NCBI RefSeq assembly: GCF_963921235.1
Contig: NC_086097.1
Span: 164,364,001 to 164,428,000, forward strand
Length of the DNA stretch: 64,000 nt
Direction: 5' to 3'
Origin: Mobula hypostoma
Lineage: Eukaryota
The position numbers were made by a program, and so were the translations under genes. Positions 1 through 11,893 of the stretch are shown here, one piece after another. Every line of letters starts with the position of its first letter. The stretch's first letter is position 1. The notes beneath the pieces were generated by a model, which saw only the letters and a list, made by a program, of their open reading frames with translations, did not search any database and was not told the origin of the DNA.

Positions 1-1127
1 TTTTGAATAAATTAAACCTCTGTAAATAAAGCAACTTCTTTGTTTAGCTGTTTGTCGTGAATGGGAGCCAGTCTTCAGTTCTTAATGTAAATGGCAAGCA
101 GTAATCAGTTTGAAAGTGAAAGGTCAGCTTTTCAAGCAGTATTGTCTATAAAGCAAAGATTGCTGGCTGCGCTTGCTTTAACTGCTCAGGAGGTGCAGCA
201 TAAGACAAATGGTTATTTAATTCAGCTTGAATCAAAACAGACAATGCTAGCTGAGTTATTTAGTTCAAGGCAGCTTGCAGACCAGATGTATATTATTATT
301 TAGCATATCAGTAATTTATGACTGTAAGATATAAGAGCAGAATTAGGCCATTCAGCCCATCGATTAGTATGTTATCTATTAGTATGTTGGAAGACTTATG
401 TACTCAAGTAGTCAGCTTCACAGCGATAATTGTGGGTAACTGGGAATTGTCTCTGGAAGCTATTAGAGCTATTAGTGTTAAAAGGTATCTAAAATAATAT
501 CACATGTGTGTGAAGTCACACAAGGGGCACGGAAAAGTATAAATTTAGAGAAAAGTTCAGATTTTTTTGGAATGACCCAGGAACATCAAGATAGATGACG
601 GAAACTATTCGTCTGCCTTTGATTTCTGCGACAAATGACTGGTCTGAGTGAAGTTCGGTGGTGTGCCTTTTTAGCTTAGAGAAACTGTATCTGTGTTTTG
701 GAAATCTTTTGTGTTTTAGAAGTAGTTCGTATTTTGGAAATCTTTTATAAGATAGAAATCCTTTGTCAGTTTGAAATGTGTTGTAAGAATATTGTTTGGA
801 TTTAAGTGTGTATCTTTGAAAATAGATGAACTGTGTTTAAACTACTTTCTTAGCTGGAAGTGTCTCCTCTTTGATAGGAAGGGGGAACCTTCCACTCAAG
901 TAGTGGGTAAACAGGAAAGTGAAATAGTCCTTAAAGGTTAGGTGTAATTTCCCTTTAGTAAAGGTTCCCATGGCTATTTATATCAATAGGGCTTAAGGTC
1001 CTCATTTGAGTTTAGAACTTTGTAGTTAGCAAACTCAGTACTGTCACACGTTCATCTTGGGATCTGGATTGTAGTATTAATTATGACCTGGGCACTGAAT
1101 CATGTTCATTCTCTGGTGCACATACAG

Positions 1128-1263
1128 GAATGGTGGAGGACGCAGTGGTGCATTCTGTGCAATCAGTATCGTATGTGAAATGCTGCGGCATCAGCGGGCT
1201 GTAGATGTGTTCCACGCTGTAAAAACACTGCGTAACAACAAGCCCAATATGGTTGACTTGCTG
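1128..1263 (+). CDS. PTPRM: PTPRM penultimate coding exon (end of D2 phosphatase domain)
   Basis: AG acceptor at 1126-1127 and GTAAGT donor at 1264. The 136-bp exon reads (L)[45 protein letters not shown], nearly identical to the recalled vertebrate PTPRM C-terminal sequence. Not in the ORF track. Confidence 0.95.
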
Positions 1264-1589
1264 GTAAGTGCAAATTGAAACTACGACATTTAACTCACAG
1301 ATAACAGGCGTCTATACGCATCGCCTGTTCACCATAATTACATATCTGGCTAGACTTCCCACTGGGATTCTCTATATATTCCTGGAAAGACCTGTGCTGG
1401 CTCAACAGACAGCCCACAGGAGGAGATGATAAGAACCCAACCCTATGTAAAGTTTGCCAGGAACAGTCACTCTCATCGAGATGGCTATATCTCACATTGG
1501 GACAGTTAGGGTTTGGGCTTACATTAGGAACATGTGAAGTTTCCGTGAAGACAGGAATAGGGAACAGGAGCAAAGCAAGCTAACCAAGC

Positions 1590-1925
1590 AGCAAACAATC
1601 CGCTGGAGGTACTCAGCAAATCAAGCACCATCTGTGGGAAGAAAAGAACTGTCAATTTTTCAAGTCGAATTCCTGTGTCAGGACCCTGTTCTACCATTCA
1701 GTCAGATCTATTTTCCCATCTAATCCATATATCAGAGACACAAGATGCTCTGCTAATGCTGGCAGTCTTGAGCAACACCCACAGAATCCTGGAGAAAAAC
1801 AGTAGGTCAGGCAACAAGTATGGAAGAAATTGTACAGCTGACATTTTGTGCCAAGATCCTTCATCAGGACTCAGTCCATAGATGCTACCTAACCGCTGAG
1901 CTCCTCCAGCATTATATGTGTGTTA
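1590..1925. mobile_element. Decayed Penelope-like terminal fragments in the last PTPRM intron
   Basis: gctggaggtactcagc and ccttcatcaggact...gatgctacctaaccgctgagctcctccagca motifs are shared with other PLE ends in the window. Confidence 0.65.
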
Positions 1926-2701
1926 AGCCTTATGTTCATTCCTGGTGTTCAAATCCAGCTTTGAATGTTTAACAAAACTGAGCAACAGAACTCCTCTGAG
2001 GGAGGGAATTCCAACAATTGCAATCCTTTGAGTAACCAATTTGCTCCTCCTCTCATTCCTAAATGGACAGTGCCTTACCCAAAGATTGTGCTCCTTAGTT
2101 TTAAATTTTCCATTCTGAGGTATTGAACATCCACTGGGTCAATTGGAAACTGAAGGAGACTCCTGCTTTACCAATCAATCAGGTCACAGCTAGTCTATTA
2201 CCTCAGTCCACTTCTCTTCACCAACCTGATATCCCATGACTCACATTGATTTCTGTCACAACTAAGTCTCCACAATTCTTTCGCATAGAGAAGTCTTACT
2301 TCAGATATTCCTATTAGGAGTCCCTTTATTTTTCAAAGTTTCTTCTCATCCCTGTTTCAAAGGGTCCACCCATGAATAAAGGGGAAACCCCATTTAGTCA
2401 GGCCTGGTTAGCACACACATTATTCTGGGGAAAAAATTGCAAGGCTGTGCTTTTGGCATGGAATGGCTCATTACTAAAACCTTGGTCTCACAGAATTTAT
2501 CCTTAAAAGTGTCATCATTTTACACCAACATGAACTGTTAACATAACATCCCACTGCCTTAGCTGTATTCTGAAGGGTTTTCACCAGGAATAAAAAGAAA
2601 CTACCCTCTTGATCCAGCAGTCCATACATTATATTAAAGAGGGGTCAATTATAAAAAGAAGAAAATGATTTTGTTGACATACCTCATGTTTTTTTTTCCA
2701 G

Positions 2702-2755
2702 GATCAATATAAGTTCTGCTATGAAGTGGCAATTGAATGCTTGAATTCTGGCTGA
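2702..2755 (+). CDS. PTPRM: PTPRM last coding exon
   Basis: Polypyrimidine tract plus CAG (AG 2700-2701). Phase 0, in frame with the previous exon. Reads DQYKFCYEVAIECLNSG then TGA at 2753-2755; the recalled human end is DQYKFCYEVALEYLNSG. Confidence 0.95.
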   Translation, partial: DQYKFCYEVAIECLNSG

Positions 2756-4988
2756 TCAAGATTTAGCAGATACACTGGCAGCCGACGAGACCCATCCTGT
2801 CCACATTGAGAAAGCAACTCCCTGATTCTTGGTAAACTGTGATGAGAGAGCTTCACGTCATCAGCCATCAGTTCTACAAGCCAACGCTTCTCCCTAGTTT
2901 TTATTCCACTCACTGGGTCCCTCCTGGGCTCAGAGGAAGAGTAAGAGAGAGAGAGAGACTGTAAAATTCTGCTTGCACTGCCAGACATTTACTTTAATCC
3001 ACCAGCTCCCTATACTGTAGCTGTTTAATATTTAAAATAAAATTGATATTCATAGTAAATGTATACACATTATTCAAAATATTGTTAGTTAACTGTTGTA
3101 ACTAAAGAGCACAATATCTTTTTTAAATGCAAAGCATTTACTGACAGCCTAGAGAAGTTGACAAATGCCAAGAGCAAAAGTAAATCCATTAAACTCTATC
3201 GTTAAATACTTTTCTAAGTCTATTCCAACAATAATCTTCCTTATAACCTGAGACTGTACCCTCCCTGACTCTCACTCACTGCCCAAGAGCTGTTACGTTT
3301 CCCCATGTAAAACAACTTCAAATACTCTCCAGTCACCTGGGGTCATTTTATTCTTCATGTGAACAATTCTAATTGCAAATATGTTAAGTCTCTATTCTTG
3401 TACAGTTGGAGTTAAAGTTTATCAATAAATACCATGAAAATTAGCTTTTTTTACAGAGCATTACAGACTATAATCATCATTTCTAGCTTGTTCCTTTTTA
3501 ATACAATTTTCCTTCAGAACCTTATATTTAATTGTTTTTTTCTCTCTCTCCAACCTCCAACTTCATGTTCTTTGAGAAACAGTTGAGGTCTTCGCTTACA
3601 TTAAAGATTTTACATCAGCACAGGTCACAACAATTTAAGTTCTTTTAGTTCATCCATTCACAATTGCACCCTTGCTTATCTGTGTTTTGCCTCCAGTTAC
3701 CCACTTCTGCTCTGAATCTGTATTCAAAAGAAATGCCAAGAGGTTGAAGTTGAGCTGGCTTTCACAGCCAGGGAGAGTGAGTGTCCGATTTCTACTCCCC
3801 TTTGAATGGTGAGCTGATATGACTGGTGGGGGTGGGGGGGGAGGGGTGCAGTGGCAATGGTTGAGTTGCCAATCTCACTGATAAAAGTTGCTTATTCTTC
3901 TGTCTGGAGAAGTGAGTTGATATTCTGACTACTGGGTTGTAAAGTGCCACAGTGAAGATGTCTCGTAACATAAAGAAGAGACTGATTAGTTTGTATAGCG
4001 TCATTTTAAAGTGCCTCCCTAGGCCAACCTAGCCCTTGTCCCCATCGCCTATTCACCTTACTACTGGCTGTTCAACTAATCCTGCAGTGTGGAATTCCGT
4101 TCATGGTAATCCTGGAAAATCATAAGCAAAGCCAGTGGGTCACCAGAAATTAATGTCAATCATTAACTCCATTCCTGAGATGTTAATTCCATCCTCTCCC
4201 GGGCTATTGTCAATGGCAGATCCAGATTTTGCAATGATCCAACCTAGGGTTATTCTTGCAATTTCACTCTGTGTCCGTCACAAATATGCCTTCATCTATT
4301 TCTGTTTACATAGCTTGCCTTCACAGTCTGACTCCACCAATCTGCTACTAAAGCATTCGCTTGTACTCTTCTTACCTCCTGTCTGAGCTTCATCGGTCCC
4401 CTCATGGCTGGTGTCCTTATCCTCCATTCAAAAATAAACTTGAACTCGTCTAAGCTCTTCTGCCCACCCCCTCCTTGAAAACAAGCCATCACACACATAT
4501 TTGACAACTCTCCATTGTCTCCTTTTCTTTCTTTTAGGAAGTTTGTTTGACCTACCTGTTTGGCCAAATTTTTGACCATCTTTGCCAATTTGCTCAGTGT
4601 TATTTTGTTCTTTAATGTTTTGTCTCCCTCGTTCTGCATTGAAATATTTTTCTACATTAAAGTCTACTTTCATGCAACATTTTGATGTTATCAGGTTAAT
4701 CTGAACAGCACTGCACTGGAACAGGTTCCTGTGCTGTTTTCACCATTCCAACGACCATGGGCCAATCTCAGCTGTCGATGCTAATCACTAAGGAGTCTGC
4801 AGTTGCTCCGAGTGACAGCGTTGGGCTCACCCCGACTCTGAGTGCTGCAGTTGCAAGATGGATCCTATAAATCACCCCTTCTGTAGATGGCAAACACAAG
4901 GAAATCTGCAGATGCTGGAATTTCAAGCAACACACATAAAAATTGCTGGTGAACACAGCAGGCCAGGCAGCATATATAGGAAGAGGTA

Positions 4989-5026
4989 CAGTCGACGTTT
5001 CGGGCCAAGACCCTTCATCAGGACTG
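4989..5026 (-). ncRNA. Minimal type I hammerhead ribozyme (PLE-type)
   Basis: The minus strand reads cagtc-CTGATGA-a-GGGT cttg GCCC-GAAAC-GTC-gactg: intact core, stem I cagtc/gactg, stem II, palindromic ACGT in place of stem III, GUC cleavage triplet. Confidence 0.85.
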
Positions 5027-5057
5027 ACTGAAAGAAGAGATAGTAAGAGACTTCAGT

Positions 5058-5095
5058 TGGTCCTGACGAAGGGTCTCAGCCCGAAACGTCAACTG
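5058..5095 (+). ncRNA. Minimal hammerhead ribozyme, sense to PTPRM, weakened stem I
   Basis: tggtc-CTGACGA-a-GGGT ctca GCCC-GAAAC-GTC-aactg. The core is intact; stem I has one mismatch and wobble pairs. Confidence 0.7.
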
Positions 5096-5766
5096 TACCT
5101 CTTCCTATAGATGCTGCCTGGCCTGCTGCGTTCACCAGCAATTTTTATGTGTGTTCCTTCTGTAGATGGGCTGTGGTTGGTAGTTTAATTGGCCCATGTA
5201 ATTTATCCCTCATGTCAAGGAGTGCTAAGAAAATTAGAGTTGAGCAAATATACAGGTGGGAGATTATATGCTATGGGGGGAATGGGATTTCCCTAAGAGT
5301 CAACATAGACTGACTGGGCAGAATGGCCGCCTCATGGGGAGATATGGAAGTACGAGAACCTCACATTAACCAGTACGGTTAACACGCAGGATTCTCTTAC
5401 TGCTCTGCAGTGTTCAAAATGTTGCAGTCCAATGCCTTAAGATATTACAAATAAAAAATTAACACAAATGTGTACAATAGACATTTTTAAAATGACCTGT
5501 GTATGCTTTAATACCAGTAACACCATTTTCACCCATCAGTGAATTGGGACTGGGCACTCCCAAGAGTGGTCTGTTTAAGTGTGAGTGCCATTTCTGCAAC
5601 ATCTGTCACACATGTGATGACATCATCAGCATGCACTGTTTTTGCATCCACTGTTGGTACAGAAAAGTTCAAAGTTTAACCTATGCTTTCTCACTTATTC
5701 TTAATCAACAATGAGTAAACACTGCGCCAAGTCGCCAATCATATGTCAATGAAAGTGGGACACTGT

Positions 5767-5803
5767 TTTACGTGTCAACCTTGCATAGGGGCCATGCTAA
5801 TCT
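5767..5803 (-). pseudogene. Internal U6 snRNA fragment (AGC triad plus internal stem-loop region)
   Basis: The minus strand AGATTAGCATGGCCCCTATGCAAGGTTGACACGTAAA matches recalled vertebrate U6 AGATTAGCATGGCCCCTGCGCAAGGATGACACGCAAA at 33 of 37 positions. Confidence 0.85.
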
Positions 5804-7446
5804 GCTTTCCCACTTCATTGCTCCTGTCTGACTGATCACAGATGTTCTTACGCAGTGCTGGATTGAATTTGAACACATTAAAACTCAGTGGTCCAAGCTT
5901 CTGGGTGTCAGTCCAGTCACGTGAGCCAAACGTGGTCGTATCAAGTCAGACACTGTGTTGCCTTCTCTTCAATATTTGTACCACAGCCTGAGGAAAGAAG
6001 GCTGCAATGTACTTGGGTGATTGAGCTATAAATTATAAAGTTAATTGATAATATTGGAAGGAATAGATTCAAATGGAAAAACAAATATTCTTCATGTCCT
6101 CCTTCATTACTTTTTCATGAAGTGATTGGCTTTCAGTGTTTTCCTACATTTCTATTGTCTATCATGATTAAAACGGAAAGGTACGGTCGATTGTGATCTT
6201 CCACACCTTTAGAAATTATTTTTAAACAAAAATGACAAAGTGAGAGAATGGCTGCAGAGAAGGAGGATAAAATAAAACTCTCTTCCTTCAAGACAACTCA
6301 GTATTAACATTGGCCCCTTGGCTTAGTATATAAAGATTGAAGCAGAGACTAATATTTCAGTATGACCCACTGATAAGGATTTAGTAGTATCAGTATTATC
6401 AGTTAGCTCTGGTGTTAGTCAACTTCTAATGAGGAATTTGATTGCTCGTACTGGATCACTGAATGCAATGCTGTTCGAGGCACAGTATGCATTTCAATTT
6501 TGTGGAGAATACAGTCCCTGGTTACCTTTTATAATCCTTATATTAAAAAAAAACATTTAGTGTATGTGGCTTATATAATCTTAATGGACCATTTGTATGT
6601 TTGAAAGTTTTCCTTTTCTTTTGCCATGATTGTTACCCATCAGCTTGTCAACTTACAAATAATTGCTGAGCGCAGCTATAACAGCAAAAGCCAGAAATTA
6701 GTCAGACCCTCAATGAATGAGCCAAAGCTTTATTCTTCATTTGTTTATATTGTAAATATTTATGAATCATCTGATTATTTATTCATGAAGAAAACTCCTT
6801 TTGTGAAGCACCGTGAGTGACAATCGTTTTTCCAGAAACCTTAGTATTGTCCACAGAATGATATTGTTAACTTTTTGTTTATCTTGTGTTGCAGTAATTG
6901 ATCGTGCAATAAAGAATTATCCGACCAGCATTCTGGATGTTCTTTGCTGGTGCTACATCTTCCCTTTTCTGTTGTCTTGCTGCTGTGGCATTGTTAATGA
7001 AAATATATAATTCAAAGCCATGGTCCATTTCCTCAAACAATTGATCACAGAATAAAATGTTCCAATCTCATCTAGAATGAGTTTATTAATCAATAGTTTG
7101 CAATGCCTTCAAATACCCTATTGTTCTTGATTAACGGTTGGAATTTAAGAAGATGATAATTAGGAAATAATTCTGTTAGACAAATATGTAGTGAAGATAC
7201 AGCCATGGAATCATTAATCTAATTTTCAGTCTGCCTGAGATTTGTTACAGAAGGATCCAGGTTCTTCTTTCAATTCTTCTTCCCAATTTGTTTTTGTGGT
7301 ATCATAATTCATCTGAAAACATCAATCCTCAGTGCCTCTATACAATGGCATTGTGGGGTAAATATGATGGAGCAGTGAGTAATTCAGTCAAGAGAAAATG
7401 CAAAACGTAGTCTCTGGTCTTAAGTATAACAAAGTCAGCACCATTA

Positions 7447-7740
7447 GGGTGGCACGGCAGCACAGAGGTTAGCACAACACTTTACAGTATAGGCGACGCG
7501 AGTTCAATTTCCACCGCTGCCTGTAAGGAGTGTGTCCATTTTCTCTGTGGCTGTATGTGCTTCTGGTGTTCTGGGTGTTCTGGTTTCCTCCAACAGTCCA
7601 AAGATGTACCAGTTGGTATGTTAATTGGTCATTGTAAATTATCCCCTGATCAGGCTCAGATGAAACCGGGGGATTGCTGGACAGTGCGGCTCAAAGGGCT
7701 GGAAGGACCTATTCAGCACTGTATCTCAATCAATAAATAA
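7447..7740 (+). mobile_element. tRNA-derived V-SINE (HE1-like)
   Basis: A/B-box-like head, V-domain (ctgggtgttctggtttcctcc...ttaattggtcattgtaaatt), CR1-like 3' end and (aata)n tail. Confidence 0.8.
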
Positions 7741-7799
7741 CGCCTACCGAGCTGGATTCAGACTCCTATGGTTATATCCCACGGGTTACAGCCCACATC

Positions 7800-8480
7800 A
7801 AAGTACTATGGTTCATTATTGTCACAAGAACTGAGGTACAGTGAAGAGCTTTTGTTTTGTATGCTATCCATATAGATTGTGCCATAACATAAATACACCA
7901 AAGCTGTACAAGGGAAAGGCAATAACATAATGTAGAATATTGTATTACAGTTACAGAGAAAGGGCAGGGCAGGTAGATAGTAAGGTATACTAAATATAAC
8001 AAGGTGGATTCTGATGTTCACCATTCAATTACTGCATATTATAACCTCGGGATAGACGCTGTCCTTGAACCTGGTGGTATGTGCTTTCAGGTTTTGTATT
8101 TTTTGCATGATGGAGGGAGGTGAGGAGGGAGAATGCCTGGGGAGGGTGGGGGTCTTTGATTACATTGGCTGCTTTACTGAGGCTGCAAGAAGTGGAAACA
8201 AACTCCATAGAGGGGAGGCCAGTTTTAATTACAGACTGAGTTGTGTACAAAGCTCTCTACAATTTCTTGCAGTCTCGGGCAGAAATATTAACATACCAAG
8301 CTATGATTTAACTGGATAGAATATTTTCTGTAGTGTATTTGTAAAAATTGGCGAGGGTCAAAGGGGAATTGCCAAGTTTCCTTCGCCTTCTGAGCAAGTA
8401 TAGGCACTGGTCAACTTTATTGGCAATGGCATCAATGTTCTTGAATCACTACAAGCTACTGGTGATGTTTACACCTAGCA
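7800..8480 (-). mobile_element. Rex1/Babar LINE 3' fragment
   Basis: Decayed C-terminal motifs (KAANVIKDPH; RRY.SLK..T.RF.DSF-like) and 3' UTR. Confidence 0.7.
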
Positions 8481-10659
8481 TGATTTAGCACGAATGGCAG
8501 ATGGAGAATCAAACAGCGAGGGGATCAAATGCTATCGTTGTAAAAATAAATTAATTTTTATCGCAGTGTAAAGGAAGGAAGGCAGTAGCAAATGGAAGGT
8601 TCCTAATAAGGGAACAAGCCGAGTTCACACAAGCTGACTACAGTTGCTTTCAACTTATCAGAGCCACTATCGATATTGAGACATCTGAAGGAGAGATTAA
8701 TAAGATCAAAGCAACAACACTGGACAAGACCAAGTGGAACTGGAAACATGAACATAGTACACAATGCAGATCTTTGCCACTATACAAGTTAAACGGTTGA
8801 TGCGGCTCCAGGTGGACAGGGTGTAATATGTAATATCATCCCTGGCAAAACTGAAAGAGATAAAATTGTACAAATGTTGCACTGAACTCCCGTACCAAGG
8901 CATGATGAAAATGATAAATGGAAAGAAAGGAAATGCAATTTGATGTAATTGAACAGAAGCTTATTCCAATCTTTGGCAGCCATGTAGCTCATTAAATTGA
9001 ACTGATAATAGTACCAATACGCTGATGGAACACAGGTTATAAATGACAAATTGTACACTCAGCAAGAAGCAGCTGCCAGATGAATTTATAAATGTGTTTG
9101 AAGAGATGAAAAGATGAATGGAAAATACATCTTTCAAATAGATTCAAACTACATTCTCAAACTAGATACAAGTAGAAGTACAGTATTCCAATAATTTTCA
9201 AAGAGAAACGGAAGACTTATCTTGAAAGACTGAGAGACATTAGGTAACAGGGGGTTGATACACTTGAGTATCAGGTTGTGTGTAAGTAGAAGTGTATAGC
9301 CTTTAAAATATGCAGTCTCAACTGCTGGAGTACCAAAGAGCATGAAAATTATTTCCATTACAAGAAAATCTTTTTCTCATTCCATCTCATCCTTCTTGTC
9401 ACTGAGACTTAAGTACAAAAAGGGCTGTCAGGCAGAATTTGTGAGGAGAGAAACAGAGTCAATGATGGTTCATTGGCATAAAACGTTGAATCCATTTCTC
9501 TCTCCGTGAATCCTCCTTCACCTGCTGAGTAAATCCAACACTTTCTGTTTTTATTCCAGATATTGCAGCTTCCTCTGCTGTTTCTTTCCCCTACATTATC
9601 ATTCTTATTTTCGACCCTCATTGAAATCCGCTTTATGTTCTCACCTAAGTATTCTGTGTTGAAAAGTTCTGAGTTGTCATGCTGGCTTCTGTTCATTGAC
9701 GATAACCAGAAATCAAGAGATTGGGTGACCATCTGCGTCCGAATTTCATCTCAGCTTTATTGAAACCAGTAGAGTAAATTTTGACTAAAACTGCACCTCT
9801 CCATTGATTCAGCACACCTGCTCATCATCCAGTCCCGGGTGAGTAAATGAACAGATAAATGATTGAGTGATTGGATGGGAATAAATGAGTGATTAAGCGA
9901 ACAGATCTGGAGGAGTAATTGAGTGAATGATGGAATGAATGTTCATTCAAGACTATGGAGACAGAATAAGGATAAGGCTGATTTGATGATCCACAGAGTC
10001 AAAATCGAAAAAAAACTGGGCTGAATAGCCTAATTTGATAGGGTGATGACTACGGTTATAATAATATATGGAATGTGGATAACTGAATAAATGAATGGTG
10101 GAAGCATGCCAGAATGTGGTAATGCCCACAGCAGTAGTTAGAAGGGTGTTAGCACCGTGTTCATTAATCCAGTATTCTTTGTAAATCACTGATGAAATAG
10201 TCAATTTGCAGCTCTCTACAAATTTCAGACAGCAATTCTTCAGAATTCAAAAAGGAAATGTCGAACCGTACAATGATGTGGACAGGAAAGGCAATGATGT
10301 ATTCTTGGGCAGCAAGTAAGAACTCAGGAAATTCCAAGGTGCATGATTTAGATTAACAATAATCCAGGCAGAGAAAGATGATCAAACTTCCTGATGTTCT
10401 TTATGTAGAAAGTGGGGTCAACAGCTGTCACCATTAATGGGAGCATGCTGCAGAGAGCAGAAACAGAAACTGTTCAAGGAGAGTAGCATTCGCTAGGACT
10501 GGTTGCCTTAAATTAGGAGAGATTAGACAGGTTGATACTGTTTTCTTTGGAGTGAAGCAAGCTGTATGACATTATAGAGGTTTATAAAATAATGAGGGGC
10601 ACAGAAAAGGTAGACAGTCACATTCTTTTAATGATTCAGACTTTTGACAGTCCACGTTT

Positions 10660-11185
10660 GACAATCTACCCTGGACCCACAACACCATCTCACTATTCAA
10701 GAAGGCACAGCAGTGTATACACTTTCTGAGGAGTTTGAGAAGTGCAAGGCTCCCTGCCCCAATCCTGACAACTTTCTACAGGTGGATCATTGGGAGCGTC
10801 CTGTCGGGCTGCATCATTGTGTGGTACAGACGTTGCAAGGCATCAGACAGCAACACCCTACAGAGTTCATCACCGATCAGCAGGGTCTCCCTCCCCATTA
10901 TTTGTGACATTTATCAGGCGCGTTGCAGAAGAAGGGCTGAAAGCATTGTTAAGGATACCTACCAACCATCCCACAATCTTTTTAACCCACTACCATGAGG
11001 AAGGAGGTACAGAAACAACAGGACTAGGACTGTGGTACTGGGTAACAGCTCCTTCCCTCAAGCTGTGAGACTAATGAATATCCTGACACTGTTAGCTGTT
11101 TACTGTTTACCTGTGCTTTTTGAATTATATTTTATATCTTATTTATAGTACAGTATACTATTTTGATTTATGTGCTGTGTGTGAT
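10660..11185 (+). mobile_element. Rex1/Babar LINE 3' fragment
   Basis: ILTTFYR..I.SVLSGCIIVWY...DIYQARCRRRAESIVKD..QPSH (ORF 10735-10998). Confidence 0.8.
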
Positions 11186-11893
11186 TAGTTTTGCATCGAG
11201 TGGGTATGTAGAATTAGTTTCCAGAGGTGGGTATCGTTACGATGTTTAAAAACATTAAGACAGGTACATGGATGAGAAAAGTTTAGAGAGAGATAGGCCA
11301 AACACAGGTAAATGGGACTAGTTGAGATAGGCATCTTGGCATGTATGACTGACTGACCAAAGGACCAGTTTCTCTGCTGTATAGCTGACTCCACTGATCT
11401 GAATAGGAACAGGTTGCAACTAACAAAAAAAGGGTACAAATCATTGGAAAGAAATGACAAATGAGAACTAATGCAAGATGATATGTATCATATTATATTA
11501 TCCCTTTGTGTTTTATTACTCCTTTCCACCAAAATTTAACTTATTCATACCAATTGCAACCATACTTCTGTATATCAATAAACTTTTGTTATCATTAAGT
11601 TTGCATATAATATTTACATTATGTCAACAAGCCATAATTTTTCCAGTCCCAAACACTTCTTCAGCAATAAATTTGAGAGGTTACTGTACAGAGCTCTGGA
11701 CCTTGATATCCAGTAGTGGGAGAAAACTAAATTGTTATTTTCCCCTTTGATTAGCTGTAATTGATTAACAGTAGCTGTACCAAGTTACAGTGCATTCCCC
11801 AGCACATAGTCCTGCACCCTTGAACATGCAGCAACTATCAAGAGTACCAAGTTTCAGGAAGACCATGGTGCACTTTGACTGATTTGATCATTT

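Larger units (their letters stand above)
4891..5155. mobile_element. Palindromic non-autonomous Penelope-derived insertion (inverted terminal repeats)
   Basis: Exact 14-bp TSD ccttctgtagatgg at 4877-4890 and 5156-5169. Inverted arms of about 95 bp match the 3' end of the PLE at 23930-24029. Confidence 0.9.
2756..6930 (+). other. PTPRM: Putative PTPRM 3' UTR with alternative poly(A) signals
   Basis: AATAAA at 3036-3041, 3424-3429 and 6908-6913. The last is preceded by a Pumilio-type TGTAAATA (6751-6758) and followed by GT/T-rich sequence. The region is mostly repeat-poor. The true 3' end is unknown. Confidence 0.5.

Noticed and set aside
476..1047. Possible solo LTR in the PTPRM intron (tgtta...tcaca)
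   Set aside because: No matching TSD and no second copy in the window.
8490..9380. Possible decayed gag/protease relic
   Set aside because: Only weak hints (a KLDT-like motif near 9160) and no LTRs identified; cannot be supported.
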